A stretch of 20,000 bases of DNA from an uncultured virus (IMG/VR IMGVR_UViG_3300037400_003073) (taxonomy: Duplodnaviria > Heunggongvirae > Uroviricota > Caudoviricetes). Under the pieces are notes generated by a model. It saw nothing but the letters and a program-made list of their open reading frames with translations. It had not been told where the DNA came from and searched no databases. A program made the position numbers and the translations under genes. Numbering within the stretch: the stretch's first letter is position 1; every line of letters starts with the position of its first letter. The DNA lies in IMG/VR virus record IMGVR_UViG_3300037400_003073. One strand, given 5' to 3'. Shown piece by piece: positions 1 through 7,621 of this stretch.

Positions 1-2
1 CG

Positions 3-956
3 TCCGCATTGCGCTATTGTTGCGACTTTGTCATCCCGGATGCTTCCGTAAATTTCCCCGGCTATAGTGGTTCGTTACAAGGTATGTTCTCAAGGTGCGA
101 CAATCTTGAAGTTTTCCCGCATATAGACATTTCAAATCTTAGAAGCGGAATCAGTTATCTCGCGGACAGTTGCACCAAACTAACCACGATAAAACCGCCT
201 ACTATACGTTCAATAGTTGGAGGAAGCATTGCCACGATTAGTGCATTTGAAAATTGCCCGAATGTGGAACGCGGTGCAGCGGAGACATACTCGGTTTTAA
301 AAAACATATCGAATTCCGGCAGCCATGACTGCTTTACGAATTGCGGCGTGAATAAATTAACAGGCGTTTCCGACTTGTTCAAGATTCCGACAAGTTGGGG
401 CGGTTTAGGATTGGTCTCGGAAAAAGCCATTGTCTTTGCGTTCGGTGACGAAAATTACAACCCGTCAACCGCAGGTGTTGGCGCAGGTGGTACATGGACT
501 GAACTTGCCGATAACCCGACAGAATTCAATATTTGGACGTGGACGAAATCCGGCAACGACTGGAGCGGCGAACTTGAAAACGCATTTACAGACGAAGTAA
601 ACAAGCCGTACATACTCGCGATAGGCTCAACAGGCCTCGTTTCAAATGTTGACAACTTCCTCAATGGAAGCACGTATGTTCGTCACGGCGCGCTCGATAT
701 GTATCGCCAAATGAGCGGACGGGCGACTCCTCCGAGCAACCACGAAAAGACGTTCCACGATTGCGGAAAACTTACGGAGCAGGGGCTTTTCGAACTTTTG
801 CAAATTCCGGTAAATTGGGGCGGCGATGTTTTGACATTCTGTATTGAGAACAACCTTGTCGCATACTTGCCGGACGAAAATCAAACGGAAGTTATCGTGC
901 AGAGCATACGTTACTATCAAGACGTTTTCCGCATGATGAAGAATAGCGATTTGTAA
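3..956 (+). CDS. 3' part of a probable tail/surface structural protein with an LRR (BspA/DUF285)-like segment and two IPxxWGG-ending repeats; 5' end lies outside the window
   Basis: Frame is open from base 3. LRR-like text (MFSRCDNLEVFPHIDISNL). Two related units: VERGAAETY...CFTNCG...KIPTSWGG and VRHGALDMY...TFHDCG...QIPVNWGG. Lies in the tail region upstream of the lysis genes. Confidence 0.65.
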   Translation, partial: SALRYCCDFVIPDASVNFPGYSGSLQGMFSRCDNLEVFPHIDISNLRSGISYLADSCTKLTTIKPPTIRSIVGGSIATISAFENCPNVERGAAETYSVLKNISNSGSHDCFTNCGVNKLTGVSDLFKIPTSWGGLGLVSEKAIVFAFGDENYNPSTAGVGAGGTWTELADNPTEFNIWTWTKSGNDWSGELENAFTDEVNKPYILAIGSTGLVSNVDNFLNGSTYVRHGALDMYRQMSGRATPPSNHEKTFHDCGKLTEQGLFELLQIPVNWGGDVLTFCIENNLVAYLPDENQTEVIVQSIRYYQDVFRMMKNSDL

Positions 957-993
957 CAAAAAAAAAACTTATATTACTACTAGGAGATTTTAT

Positions 994-2064
994 ATGCCAT
1001 ACCCGCCGAGACAAATTCCAGATGCACCGCTCCCAATGTCGATGGCTCCGCAAGCGGAAACACTTACGGGGAACGACATCGTTGTAATCGTCCAGCCGCT
1101 GAACGCACCAGGTCGAAAAACACGTTCCATGACACTTTCTCAACTGGCATCGTTTATTGCTGCCGGTGAACTTGGAGAAATCGTTTTCGTGAACGTGAAC
1201 GGCTTCCGCTCCACGGTCGGAAAGAACGGCTATAGCTATCACCACGATGCAGACCAGTCCTACAACGCGAACCTCGACTACGCGATAGATAGCAACGGAA
1301 TCCACGCCGTTCTTGCAATTTCGGGATATTCAAAGCGCTTTGAAGCCAACGGCAACAGCGTGTTATTTTCGAAGACAACAAGCGGGCTTGTGGACAAGGT
1401 AGAAATCTTCGAGAGCTGCATACAGATTTCGCACCAAACCAGGAACGGCGCCAATGTAATCACGCATACAAGCCGCATCGCTTGGGACCACATGAGGACG
1501 CCGGAAGTGCGCGTCATGCAGGACGAAAACAACTACATCCCGATAAAGTGGGACTCCGCAAATAACGAGTTCGTCGTTTGGCAAAGGGCAAATAGCGGGA
1601 AGGTGGCAGTTCCTAAACTCCATGTTTACGGTACGCTAGAAGTCGAAAAAGACACCACAATAAGAGCGGACGTGAACATAACCAAAACAATTACAGTAGC
1701 AGATAGAGCGGACTTTAATGGAAACTTTACAGTTATAAAGAATTTATACGCAACTGATTACGCGGAAACTTATTGTAGGTTAAAAACGGCAAGACTCAAT
1801 CTTAAAAATGAAAAAAGCTATTTTACAGTATCATCAAATACAAATATAAACACTTTAATTGCTGGAGTTTCCGAACAAATTGCAGTTGCCGAGGGTGATA
1901 TTGTGACTTTAAGAAATAATAGTAACACGGATATAGAAGTTGTAATGGGTCTTCGCAAAGTTACCTTGAACGCTTTTTGCGCTATGCAATTTATATGTCA
2001 TGGAACAGATGGGACCAATACACAATGGGCACCACTTGGAAACGCCACGGTTACTTTGGCATAG
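994..2064 (+). CDS. Probable tail fibre / minor tail protein
   Basis: 356 aa ORF with GGAG RBS, beta-strand-rich composition, N-terminal LTGNDIVVIVQP...TRSMTLSQLA motif typical of tail-fibre heads, position before lysis cassette. Confidence 0.6.
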   Translation: MPYPPRQIPDAPLPMSMAPQAETLTGNDIVVIVQPLNAPGRKTRSMTLSQLASFIAAGELGEIVFVNVNGFRSTVGKNGYSYHHDADQSYNANLDYAIDSNGIHAVLAISGYSKRFEANGNSVLFSKTTSGLVDKVEIFESCIQISHQTRNGANVITHTSRIAWDHMRTPEVRVMQDENNYIPIKWDSANNEFVVWQRANSGKVAVPKLHVYGTLEVEKDTTIRADVNITKTITVADRADFNGNFTVIKNLYATDYAETYCRLKTARLNLKNEKSYFTVSSNTNINTLIAGVSEQIAVAEGDIVTLRNNSNTDIEVVMGLRKVTLNAFCAMQFICHGTDGTNTQWAPLGNATVTLA

Positions 2065-2103
2065 AGAATTTAAAAAAGAAAAACCTAAACGGAGGTTATA
2101 CAA

Positions 2104-2154
2104 ATGTCGAATAAAGAAATCCTGCTAGGAAATGCTACGGTAACTTGGTCGTAA
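2104..2154 (+). pseudogene. 16-codon mini-ORF MSNKEILLGNATVTWS, probable remnant of an internally deleted tail-gene paralogue
   Basis: GGAGG RBS upstream. Its end LGNATVTWS matches the C-terminus LGNATVTLA of 994-2064 at protein level, with synonymous DNA differences. Confidence 0.55.
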
Positions 2155-2166
2155 AGGAGATAAAAT

Positions 2167-2598
2167 ATGGCGAATACATCCGGTGAATTTAGCGTTGTTC
2201 ATTACTTTGATGCTGAAAAGAATGATCTTATGTTTGTCCGTTTTTGGGTAAACGGTCATGAGGTTCTCATGCCTTTGTCCGAACTTGTGTACGGGCTGAA
2301 AGACGGAAAAGACATTGAAGTCGTAATACCCGAAGATACAAGCGAAGAAAACAAGCTCGTAAACATGAACGAAGTCCTTGAGGCTATCGGGCGCTTGCAG
2401 GAAGTGACAACGCTTGCGGTTGCCAACAGAAAGGCGGTTGAAGCTACAAGGAAGAAGGCGCTTGAAGAAAGCAAGAAGAATTTGAACTTGAAGGACATCG
2501 CCGAAATTGAAGGCGTTGAACCCGATACGGATACCAAAGAAATTAAGGTTTCCGAAACAAAGAAATTAAACAAAGTACAGGAGGCAGAAAATGTCTAG
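2167..2598 (+). CDS. Tail-associated protein sharing its N-terminal domain with the downstream receptor-binding protein
   Basis: AGGAG RBS. TSGEFSVVHYFDA...IPEDTSEENKLVN aligns by eye with TSGDLSIVHYADA...IPEGTSEQNPLVN of 2591-4072. Confidence 0.75.
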   Translation: MANTSGEFSVVHYFDAEKNDLMFVRFWVNGHEVLMPLSELVYGLKDGKDIEVVIPEDTSEENKLVNMNEVLEAIGRLQEVTTLAVANRKAVEATRKKALEESKKNLNLKDIAEIEGVEPDTDTKEIKVSETKKLNKVQEAENV

Positions 2599-4072
2599 CA
2601 ACAACGTATTGCCGCAGACCAGTGGCGACTTGAGCATCGTACACTATGCAGACGCTCAAGGAAACGAGAACTTTTTTATCCGTGCATGGGCGAAAGGCAG
2701 CAAAGTGCTTATCCCGTTGAAGGAAGTGATGGACGATGTAAATGCGTCAATCGAAAACATCAAGAAACTTATCCCTGAAGGAACAAGCGAACAGAACCCG
2801 CTTGTAAACAACTTAAAACTCTACAAGGAGTTGCACCGCGTACCCAACGGCGGCACCTTGCTTGCAGGTGCGAAGGTGGGCGACATCCTTTGGGTGGACC
2901 CGAATAACGGCGACAAGTACTTCTTTGACAAAGCCGTCTATCCTGTATCGCAGGCAGTCTCTGACGGGCTTGAATCCGTTGGCGTGGTGGCGGACGTTGA
3001 CGGAAGAAAGCTTCTTATTCTCCACAAGGACGAATCCGCCGATTTGCAGTTCGCCAACTGCTGGTTGTTCAAGGTAACCGGCATCAATCTTGACGGAACA
3101 ACCAACACGCTCAATATGCAGCAGCACGCATCCAACGATTCCGCGGTTCCGGCAGGAACATTCACGGACAGCACTTCCACGACGCTTGCCGAGTTCTGTA
3201 CGGCGCTTGATACGTGGCTTCGCGAGCACCAAACCGTGGCAGGGGCTTCCGAGACCGACTGGCATTGCGAACTGATGCCAGATGCCGATGGCGTGGACTC
3301 ATGCTTCATCGTTGTAGATACCAACAGCTATCAGAACCGATTGGCACCGATTGCAAGCGGTTCAACGGCAACGGCTACACTTTATATGTGGCAATTTGCC
3401 GGACAGACGACTGACAGAACAATGATACTTCGAAACAACGGCTCCAGTGTCTATTACGCCGGATGGAACAAGGAACGACTTATCGAATGGTTCAGCAACC
3501 CTGCTAACGCATCCATCTCGCCGACAAACGACCCGAACGGAGATGGACTGCTCAACTTGACGGACTTCAACGGCACAAACTATCCTGCCGTGAAGGAGTA
3601 CTACGACGACTACGAGACCTACATGGAGGCCATGATGATGAAGTGGCCGAGCGAAACTGGGTCACAGGCTGCATTTGCCGGAACGGGTAAAAACATCGGG
3701 CTTGTATTAGGAACGCATACGCACAAGAACCTCGCTGGAGAATCGGTCTACACGTTCCCTGCTAACAGATACTCTTATACGAGAGCCACGGAAGCGACAC
3801 GCAAGAGCGATGACCTGGGCGATGGTGGTTGGTACTTGCCGGACGTTGTAGACTCGTTTAAGGTGTTTTCAAAGATGAAAGTTGACGGTACGGACGCGAT
3901 AAACAATAGTTTGTCTGCAATTTCATCGCGCCGCGCGTTGTCGGTGTCGCGCTGGTGTGGCTCGCGTTATAACGGCAGTAGCAGTTGGTTTATATACTCC
4001 AGGGGCAATTTCTACCGCTCCTACTTCTTCTATAGCGTTAGGTGCTGCGCGGTTGCGCTCTTGGAATATTAA
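2591..4072 (+). CDS. Putative DGR target protein (receptor-binding/tropism protein with a C-terminal C-type-lectin-like variable region)
   Basis: GGWYLP motif, then C-terminal RWCGSRYNGSSSWFIYSRGNFYRSYFFYSVRCCAVALL, the aromatic/Ser/Asn-rich pattern of CLec-fold DGR targets. Followed by a hairpin and an avd-like gene. Confidence 0.8.
   Translation: MSSNNVLPQTSGDLSIVHYADAQGNENFFIRAWAKGSKVLIPLKEVMDDVNASIENIKKLIPEGTSEQNPLVNNLKLYKELHRVPNGGTLLAGAKVGDILWVDPNNGDKYFFDKAVYPVSQAVSDGLESVGVVADVDGRKLLILHKDESADLQFANCWLFKVTGINLDGTTNTLNMQQHASNDSAVPAGTFTDSTSTTLAEFCTALDTWLREHQTVAGASETDWHCELMPDADGVDSCFIVVDTNSYQNRLAPIASGSTATATLYMWQFAGQTTDRTMILRNNGSSVYYAGWNKERLIEWFSNPANASISPTNDPNGDGLLNLTDFNGTNYPAVKEYYDDYETYMEAMMMKWPSETGSQAAFAGTGKNIGLVLGTHTHKNLAGESVYTFPANRYSYTRATEATRKSDDLGDGGWYLPDVVDSFKVFSKMKVDGTDAINNSLSAISSRRALSVSRWCGSRYNGSSSWFIYSRGNFYRSYFFYSVRCCAVALLEY
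3950..4069 (+). other. DGR variable region (VR); boundaries approximate
   Basis: 21 of 24 codons at 3968-4039 end in C or T (TAT AAC GGC AGT AGC AGT ... TAC TTC TTC TAT AGC GTT), as expected for mutagenised AAY template codons. GC-rich 3' end (GGTGCTGCGCGGTTGCGC). Confidence 0.7.
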
Positions 4073-4086
4073 TTATTAACTTATTT

Positions 4087-4106
4087 GCAATCCCGTAAGG
4101 GATTGC
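4087..4106 (+). promoter_or_regulatory. DGR target-recognition hairpin/cruciform
   Basis: Perfect GCAATCCC-GTAA-GGGATTGC (8-bp stem, 4-nt loop) 14 nt after the target stop codon, with no U-tract. Same geometry as the hairpin downstream of VR in Bordetella phage BPP-1. Confidence 0.75.
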
Positions 4107-4116
4107 GGAGCTTAAT

Positions 4117-4265
4117 ATGAACAAGGACTACAAGGCAAAGCTTCTAGAAAAGGCTGGAATTTATGTAGACTGTTGCCAGCTTCTCAAGTGCGTGTACAAG
4201 TTGCTTTTTCAATGCCGAAGAAAGACAGGGTTATTATCGGTGACAAGATTATAGAATACAACTTG
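4117..4265 (+). pseudogene. avd: Truncated, frameshifted Avd (DGR accessory four-helix-bundle protein), N-terminal half
   Basis: GGAG RBS and ATG at 4117. Adding one T to the T5 run at 4205-4209 gives MNKDYKAKLLEKAGIYVDCCQLLKCVYKLLFSMPKKDRVIIGDKIIEYNL, with the IY...MPKxxR...G..I pattern of Avd-family proteins. Confidence 0.7.
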
Positions 4266-4402
4266 TCCAGTTATATAAAAATATTGAACAAAAACGAAGG
4301 ATGTGGCTATTTGTCGAAAAGGCTTTGTCCAAGTTCAAAAATGTATTATATTGGAATAGTGAGAAAAATTCTTTTTCGACAAAGGAACTAAAGCACTCAT
4401 GA
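4262..4402 (+). pseudogene. Orphan 3' end of a deleted gene, possibly the DGR reverse transcriptase C-terminus
   Basis: Stop-free frame 4244-4402 (LVQLYKNIEQKRRMWLFVEKALSKFKNVLYWNSEKNSFSTKELKHS*) whose TGA overlaps the next ATG (ATGA 4399-4402). Identity as RT is inferred from position only. Confidence 0.45.
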
Positions 4403-4737
4403 CCCCGGAACTCATTACCGCCATAATCGCTTGTCTAGGTGCCTTGACTGCATTTCTCAAGGCACGTTCCGACGTGACGGAAATCAAGAAGGAACGGACG
4501 GAAACGAAGACAGAACGTGACCGCGACTCGCAAGAACTGCACGACAACGTTATAAAGCTGCAATGCACGTGCGAGACACACAGGGCGATTATCGATAGGC
4601 AGCAGGAAATCATAGACAAGAGCAACAACCAGATTTTCATGCTCAACAACCAGCTCGCGAAAGTTATCGTCAAGATGGAGAACATCATCGACTGCCTCAA
4701 AGAACTAAAGGACGACTTCAAGGACAAGGGGAAATAG
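4399..4737 (+). CDS. Holin-like membrane protein (N-terminal TM helix plus coiled coil)
   Basis: ELITAIIACLGALTAFL hydrophobic helix followed by a heptad-rich region; first gene of the lysis cluster. Confidence 0.6.
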   Translation: MTPELITAIIACLGALTAFLKARSDVTEIKKERTETKTERDRDSQELHDNVIKLQCTCETHRAIIDRQQEIIDKSNNQIFMLNNQLAKVIVKMENIIDCLKELKDDFKDKGK

Positions 4738-4739
4738 AA

Positions 4740-4805
4740 ATGAACTTGTTGCTTGTAATATTCGCTATCGGTTTCGTTATAACGGAGTTCGTCAATGACG
4801 ACTGA
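4740..4805 (+). CDS. 21-aa hydrophobic peptide MNLLLVIFAIGFVITEFVNDD
   Basis: AAGGGG RBS-like sequence; begins 2 nt after the previous stop; single TM-like segment. Confidence 0.5.
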   Translation: MNLLLVIFAIGFVITEFVNDD

Positions 4806-4875
4806 GTGGTTGCTTTTGGCAGCTTATGTCGCAAACATCGTCGCTTTCGTGTACTTTATCCTGGAGGAATCATGA
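4795..4875 (+). CDS. 26-aa hydrophobic peptide MTTEWLLLAAYVANIVAFVYFILEES
   Basis: GGAG RBS; stop overlaps next start (ATGA 4872-4875); single TM-like segment. Confidence 0.55.
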   Translation: MTTEWLLLAAYVANIVAFVYFILEES

Positions 4876-5378
4876 GTAGAACAAAATGCACGGTCAAAAG
4901 CGTAAAGGCTTCGCCGTTCATTACAACAGCAGGTCGCCCGTTTACATTCATTGGCGCCGCGCGCATTGCGATAGAACTGGCTCGAACCTATACGGACGGC
5001 AAAACCGAAAAAGCGTTGCTTACCATAAAAATTCGTCCCGGCTACAAAACAGACGGGGCAAGCACATTTTTTCCTATTTCGTTGCTTGTGCCGCAATGGG
5101 TTCCAGGTGACGACAATTACAACGCCGCCCCGGTTGCTCACGATGTGCTGTACATGCTCGGTGGTATAGTCGCGGGTGAACACGAGCCCGTGAAGTTGAG
5201 CCGCGAGGAAGTGGACGACATTTTGCGCGGAGTTTGGCGTTGCTGGGGAATGTCCCGCTTTGTTGCAGGGTGCGCAGACAAGGGCGTCGAGGTTTTCGCG
5301 GGCGGAAAAGATCACTGGGGCAATGACGGGTACGGCGTGCGGCAATACGCAAGCGCAACATGGACGGTGCTGGAATGA
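4872..5378 (+). CDS. DUF1353-family protein
   Basis: PGYKTDGAS...APVAHDVLY...SREEVDDILR motifs. GGAGG RBS favours ATG 4872 over the upstream GTG. Confidence 0.8.
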   Translation: MSRTKCTVKSVKASPFITTAGRPFTFIGAARIAIELARTYTDGKTEKALLTIKIRPGYKTDGASTFFPISLLVPQWVPGDDNYNAAPVAHDVLYMLGGIVAGEHEPVKLSREEVDDILRGVWRCWGMSRFVAGCADKGVEVFAGGKDHWGNDGYGVRQYASATWTVLE

Positions 5379-5794
5379 CCCTCGTGGAATATGCGGAAAA
5401 GTTTATCGGGCGTCCGTATGTTTGGGGCGGCGACGGCTCCGGTAAGTTTGGCGGCGGGTTCGATTGCTCGGGCCTGGTGCTCGAAGCTCTCAAGACCACG
5501 GGATATATCGGGAACGGCCAGGATTTGACGGCCCAGGGCTTGCACGACGCCTTGAAGAAATCCGGGTGGGTGGAAGTGCCTCTCGCGCTAATGACGGCAC
5601 AGGACGTGCTATTTTGGGGCAAGTCCGGGAAGGCTATCACGCACACGGCGATAGCTATTGGGCGCAGCCAGTACATAGAGGCGGGCGGCGGAGGTTCTAA
5701 ATGCACCTCCCCGGAGAAATCCACCGGCATGGTCCGGGTCCGTCCATTAGGTGCAAGAGAGGCGCCCGTCGCGATCTTGAGGGCGCCTGTGTAG
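5375..5794 (+). CDS. NlpC/P60 cysteine peptidase, probable endolysin
   Basis: GRPYVWGG...GFDCSGLV (catalytic Cys) and HTAIAIG (catalytic His); ATGA overlap with the upstream gene. Confidence 0.9.
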   Translation: MTLVEYAEKFIGRPYVWGGDGSGKFGGGFDCSGLVLEALKTTGYIGNGQDLTAQGLHDALKKSGWVEVPLALMTAQDVLFWGKSGKAITHTAIAIGRSQYIEAGGGGSKCTSPEKSTGMVRVRPLGAREAPVAILRAPV

Positions 5795-5820
5795 ATTTGT
5801 TGGCCGGGGAACCAACAGCG

Positions 5821-5851
5821 AGGGGCCGGGGAGAGATCCCCGACCCCTTTT
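5821..5851 (+). terminator. Intrinsic terminator of the late/lysis operon
   Basis: AGGGGCCGGGGA-GAGA-TCCCCGACCCCT stem-loop (one mismatch) ending in a short T run. Confidence 0.6.
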
Positions 5852-5977
5852 ACTTCAACAGCTCCAGCAAGAGCCCCAGGAACTCCAGGGCGCACGAAAC
5901 GGAGCAGGCAAGGAACATGAGTCCCAGGAACAGGAAGACCGCGATCCGACCGGGTGTTTTCTCTTTCCGTCCTTCAT
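5850..5977 (-). pseudogene. Possible ~42-aa membrane peptide on the - strand with a 1-nt frameshift
   Basis: MKDGKRKHP from ATG 5977 joins RIAVFLFLGLMFLACSVSCALEFLGLLLELLK* if one base is added; codons are strongly GC3-biased. Confidence 0.35.
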
Positions 5978-6049
5978 CGTAAGGGCGGATTGTCCCCGCT
6001 CACCTCCCAAGTGTTTATCTTATAAGGTATATATTTCTTTATTATTAAT

Positions 6050-6078
6050 TTGCATAAGTGCAAATAAATTTCTATATT
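6050..6078 (+). promoter_or_regulatory. Sigma70-type promoter, partial relative of the repeated early promoter
   Basis: TTGCAT-17 bp-TATATT. Shares CAAATAAATTTCTATAT with copy B. The -35 lies inside the inverted repeat ATTTGCA-TAAG-TGCAAAT (6048-6065). Confidence 0.55.
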
Positions 6079-6115
6079 TGAAAAATAAAAAGAAAAAAAA
6101 AAGGACGTTTTTAAA

Positions 6116-6382
6116 ATGGCTATCATACAAAGTAAAGAAAGACTTGCAGCGGTGAGAAAGCACTACCCGGATGACGAATTGTTGATTGCTGCATGCGATC
6201 ATCTTTTTAACTTGTTCGACAAGGAAGAAGACCTCAAGCGTGAGATCAACGTATGCAACGGTGCGTGGGTCCACTTTTTGCGCGGAAAATCACGGCAAGG
6301 GGTGCGGCTGGCGATCATCAATCGTGCCGCTCGAACGGCCATTCATGACTGTCTGCTGGGTCATGAATGTAAAAAGACGTAA
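6116..6382 (+). CDS. Hypothetical protein
   Basis: 88 aa ORF with AAGGA RBS downstream of the promoter. Confidence 0.65.
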   Translation: MAIIQSKERLAAVRKHYPDDELLIAACDHLFNLFDKEEDLKREINVCNGAWVHFLRGKSRQGVRLAIINRAARTAIHDCLLGHECKKT

Positions 6383-6404
6383 ACAAGATTGTGTTTTTTG
6401 AGCG

Positions 6405-6534
6405 AAAAACGGCAATTTCTGAAAATTCTTGAAAAAAATTTTGTTTTACCTATTGACGGGCGGTTTAGAAAATTCTATATATAGAAACGTGAGCGGGAAC
6501 GAACCCGCCACGAAAAACAAGAGGTAACAAAATG
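6405..6534 (+). promoter_or_regulatory. Repeated early promoter-leader unit, copy A
   Basis: AAAAACGGCAATTTCTGAAAA box (6405-6425), TTGACG(6453)-17 bp-TATATA(6476), leader ending CAAGAGGTAACAAAATG. Confidence 0.85.
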
Positions 6535-6834
6535 AAAATCATCAATTACACTGTCAATACTAGAGGTTTTGACGAAACTTTTAAAACGCCTTCCTTCGAA
6601 ACGAAATCCGATGCGAATGTAAAAATCCATGAAATTGAAGAAGATTTGTATGGTAAAAAGTATTACCTTAATCATGGTGAGTACGCACGCCCGGAATTTA
6701 AGGCGCAGCGATACAAAGACGGTTGGGGTATAAAGGTTTTGTATCATTACCTTACAGGGACTTGCCACGCGCCAAAAGACGGAAGGTTTACTTCTAAAGA
6801 TCGTTTTTTCGAAAGATTCTTCGATGAAGCATAA
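6532..6834 (+). CDS. Hypothetical early protein
   Basis: 100 aa ORF directly behind promoter copy A. Confidence 0.8.
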   Translation: MKIINYTVNTRGFDETFKTPSFETKSDANVKIHEIEEDLYGKKYYLNHGEYARPEFKAQRYKDGWGIKVLYHYLTGTCHAPKDGRFTSKDRFFERFFDEA

Positions 6835-6891
6835 GGGGGTCGGATCATGAAAACGCAAATTTCCACTCTTCGGCCCTAGACAAGCCCGCCC

Positions 6892-6921
6892 GCCGGGGGC
6901 GTTCCCCGGCACATTTTTTTT
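6892..6921 (+). terminator. Intrinsic terminator/attenuator
   Basis: GCCGGGG-GCGTT-CCCCGGC followed by ACA and T8. Confidence 0.65.
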
Positions 6922-6939
6922 ACTCAAGAGGTACTGAAT

Positions 6940-7197
6940 ATGTGCATGGATGATTACTGTTTTCGAAAAGTCGAGAACAAGGACCGTGAACGAAACGAAC
7001 GCCTTGACGCTGCCGTGTATGCCAGGAAAGGTGCGGAGATTGCCCGAACCTCCATACAAGAAGATACCGCCGAATACGTCATTTTGGCCGCATATCCGGG
7101 CGCGGACGATTTCGAGGTGCTGGGAGTAGGCACGAAGAAATTCGGCCTTGAATTGGGCCTTAAAATGGATCGTGACGTTAATCTTTTGTTTATGTAA
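6940..7197 (+). CDS. Hypothetical protein
   Basis: 85 aa ORF with CAAGAGGT RBS. Confidence 0.7.
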   Translation: MCMDDYCFRKVENKDRERNERLDAAVYARKGAEIARTSIQEDTAEYVILAAYPGADDFEVLGVGTKKFGLELGLKMDRDVNLLFM

Positions 7198-7206
7198 GGA
7201 ATTTAT

Positions 7207-7422
7207 ATGAAAGCAGTAATTACGAACAAAGAAGGCGGCTTCGTTATCAATTCCGATGGGTTCCAAGTCGAAATCCATCCCAATGGAAAAGGCGGCGTTG
7301 ATGTTTGCTTTTTCGGCAAAGTGCCAAGAAAACTGAAATACGTTGTCGAGAAGCACAAGAACTTGTTTGTAAATCCCGACATTGCGAGGACGCTAGTTTG
7401 TAACGAAATTTCTCGATTGTGA
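7207..7422 (+). CDS. Hypothetical protein
   Basis: 71 aa ORF with TAAGGA RBS. Confidence 0.7.
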   Translation: MKAVITNKEGGFVINSDGFQVEIHPNGKGGVDVCFFGKVPRKLKYVVEKHKNLFVNPDIARTLVCNEISRL

Positions 7423-7428
7423 GTATTT

Positions 7429-7573
7429 GGCGAAGGCGGGCTTGTTACCTCATCACCTCAATGTTTCCCGCCTTCGCCTTCTGCTTTTCCCGCGCCCGAT
7501 CCATTGCGCGGGTTTCTCCGCCCCGGAGTGGCTTCTTTGTTACCTTTTGGGCCGCTCCGGGGTCCTTTTTTTT
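7429..7573 (+). ncRNA. Candidate antisense RNA: three GC-rich stem-loops with anti-RBS loops, ending in a terminator
   Basis: Stems 7429-7440/7467-7478 (12 bp perfect), 7489-7495/7506-7512 (7 bp), 7521-7532/7551-7562 (12 bp, one G-U), then T8. Loops contain TTGTTACCTC and TTTGTTACCTTTTG. Confidence 0.6.
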
Positions 7574-7621
7574 ATGTTTCTTAAATGTAAATTTTATTTA
7601 ATAAAGTGGCGAAAATAGAAC

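Noticed and set aside
4173..4391. 72-aa ORF as a stand-alone gene
   Set aside because: TTG start without RBS; only its middle (FSMPKKDRVIIGDKIIEYNL) looks real, as the shifted continuation of the ATG-4117 frame.
7419..7618. ORFs 7419-7601 and 7427-7618
   Set aside because: No RBS, they run through three GC hairpins and a terminator, and composition is atypical; an RNA structure explains the region better.
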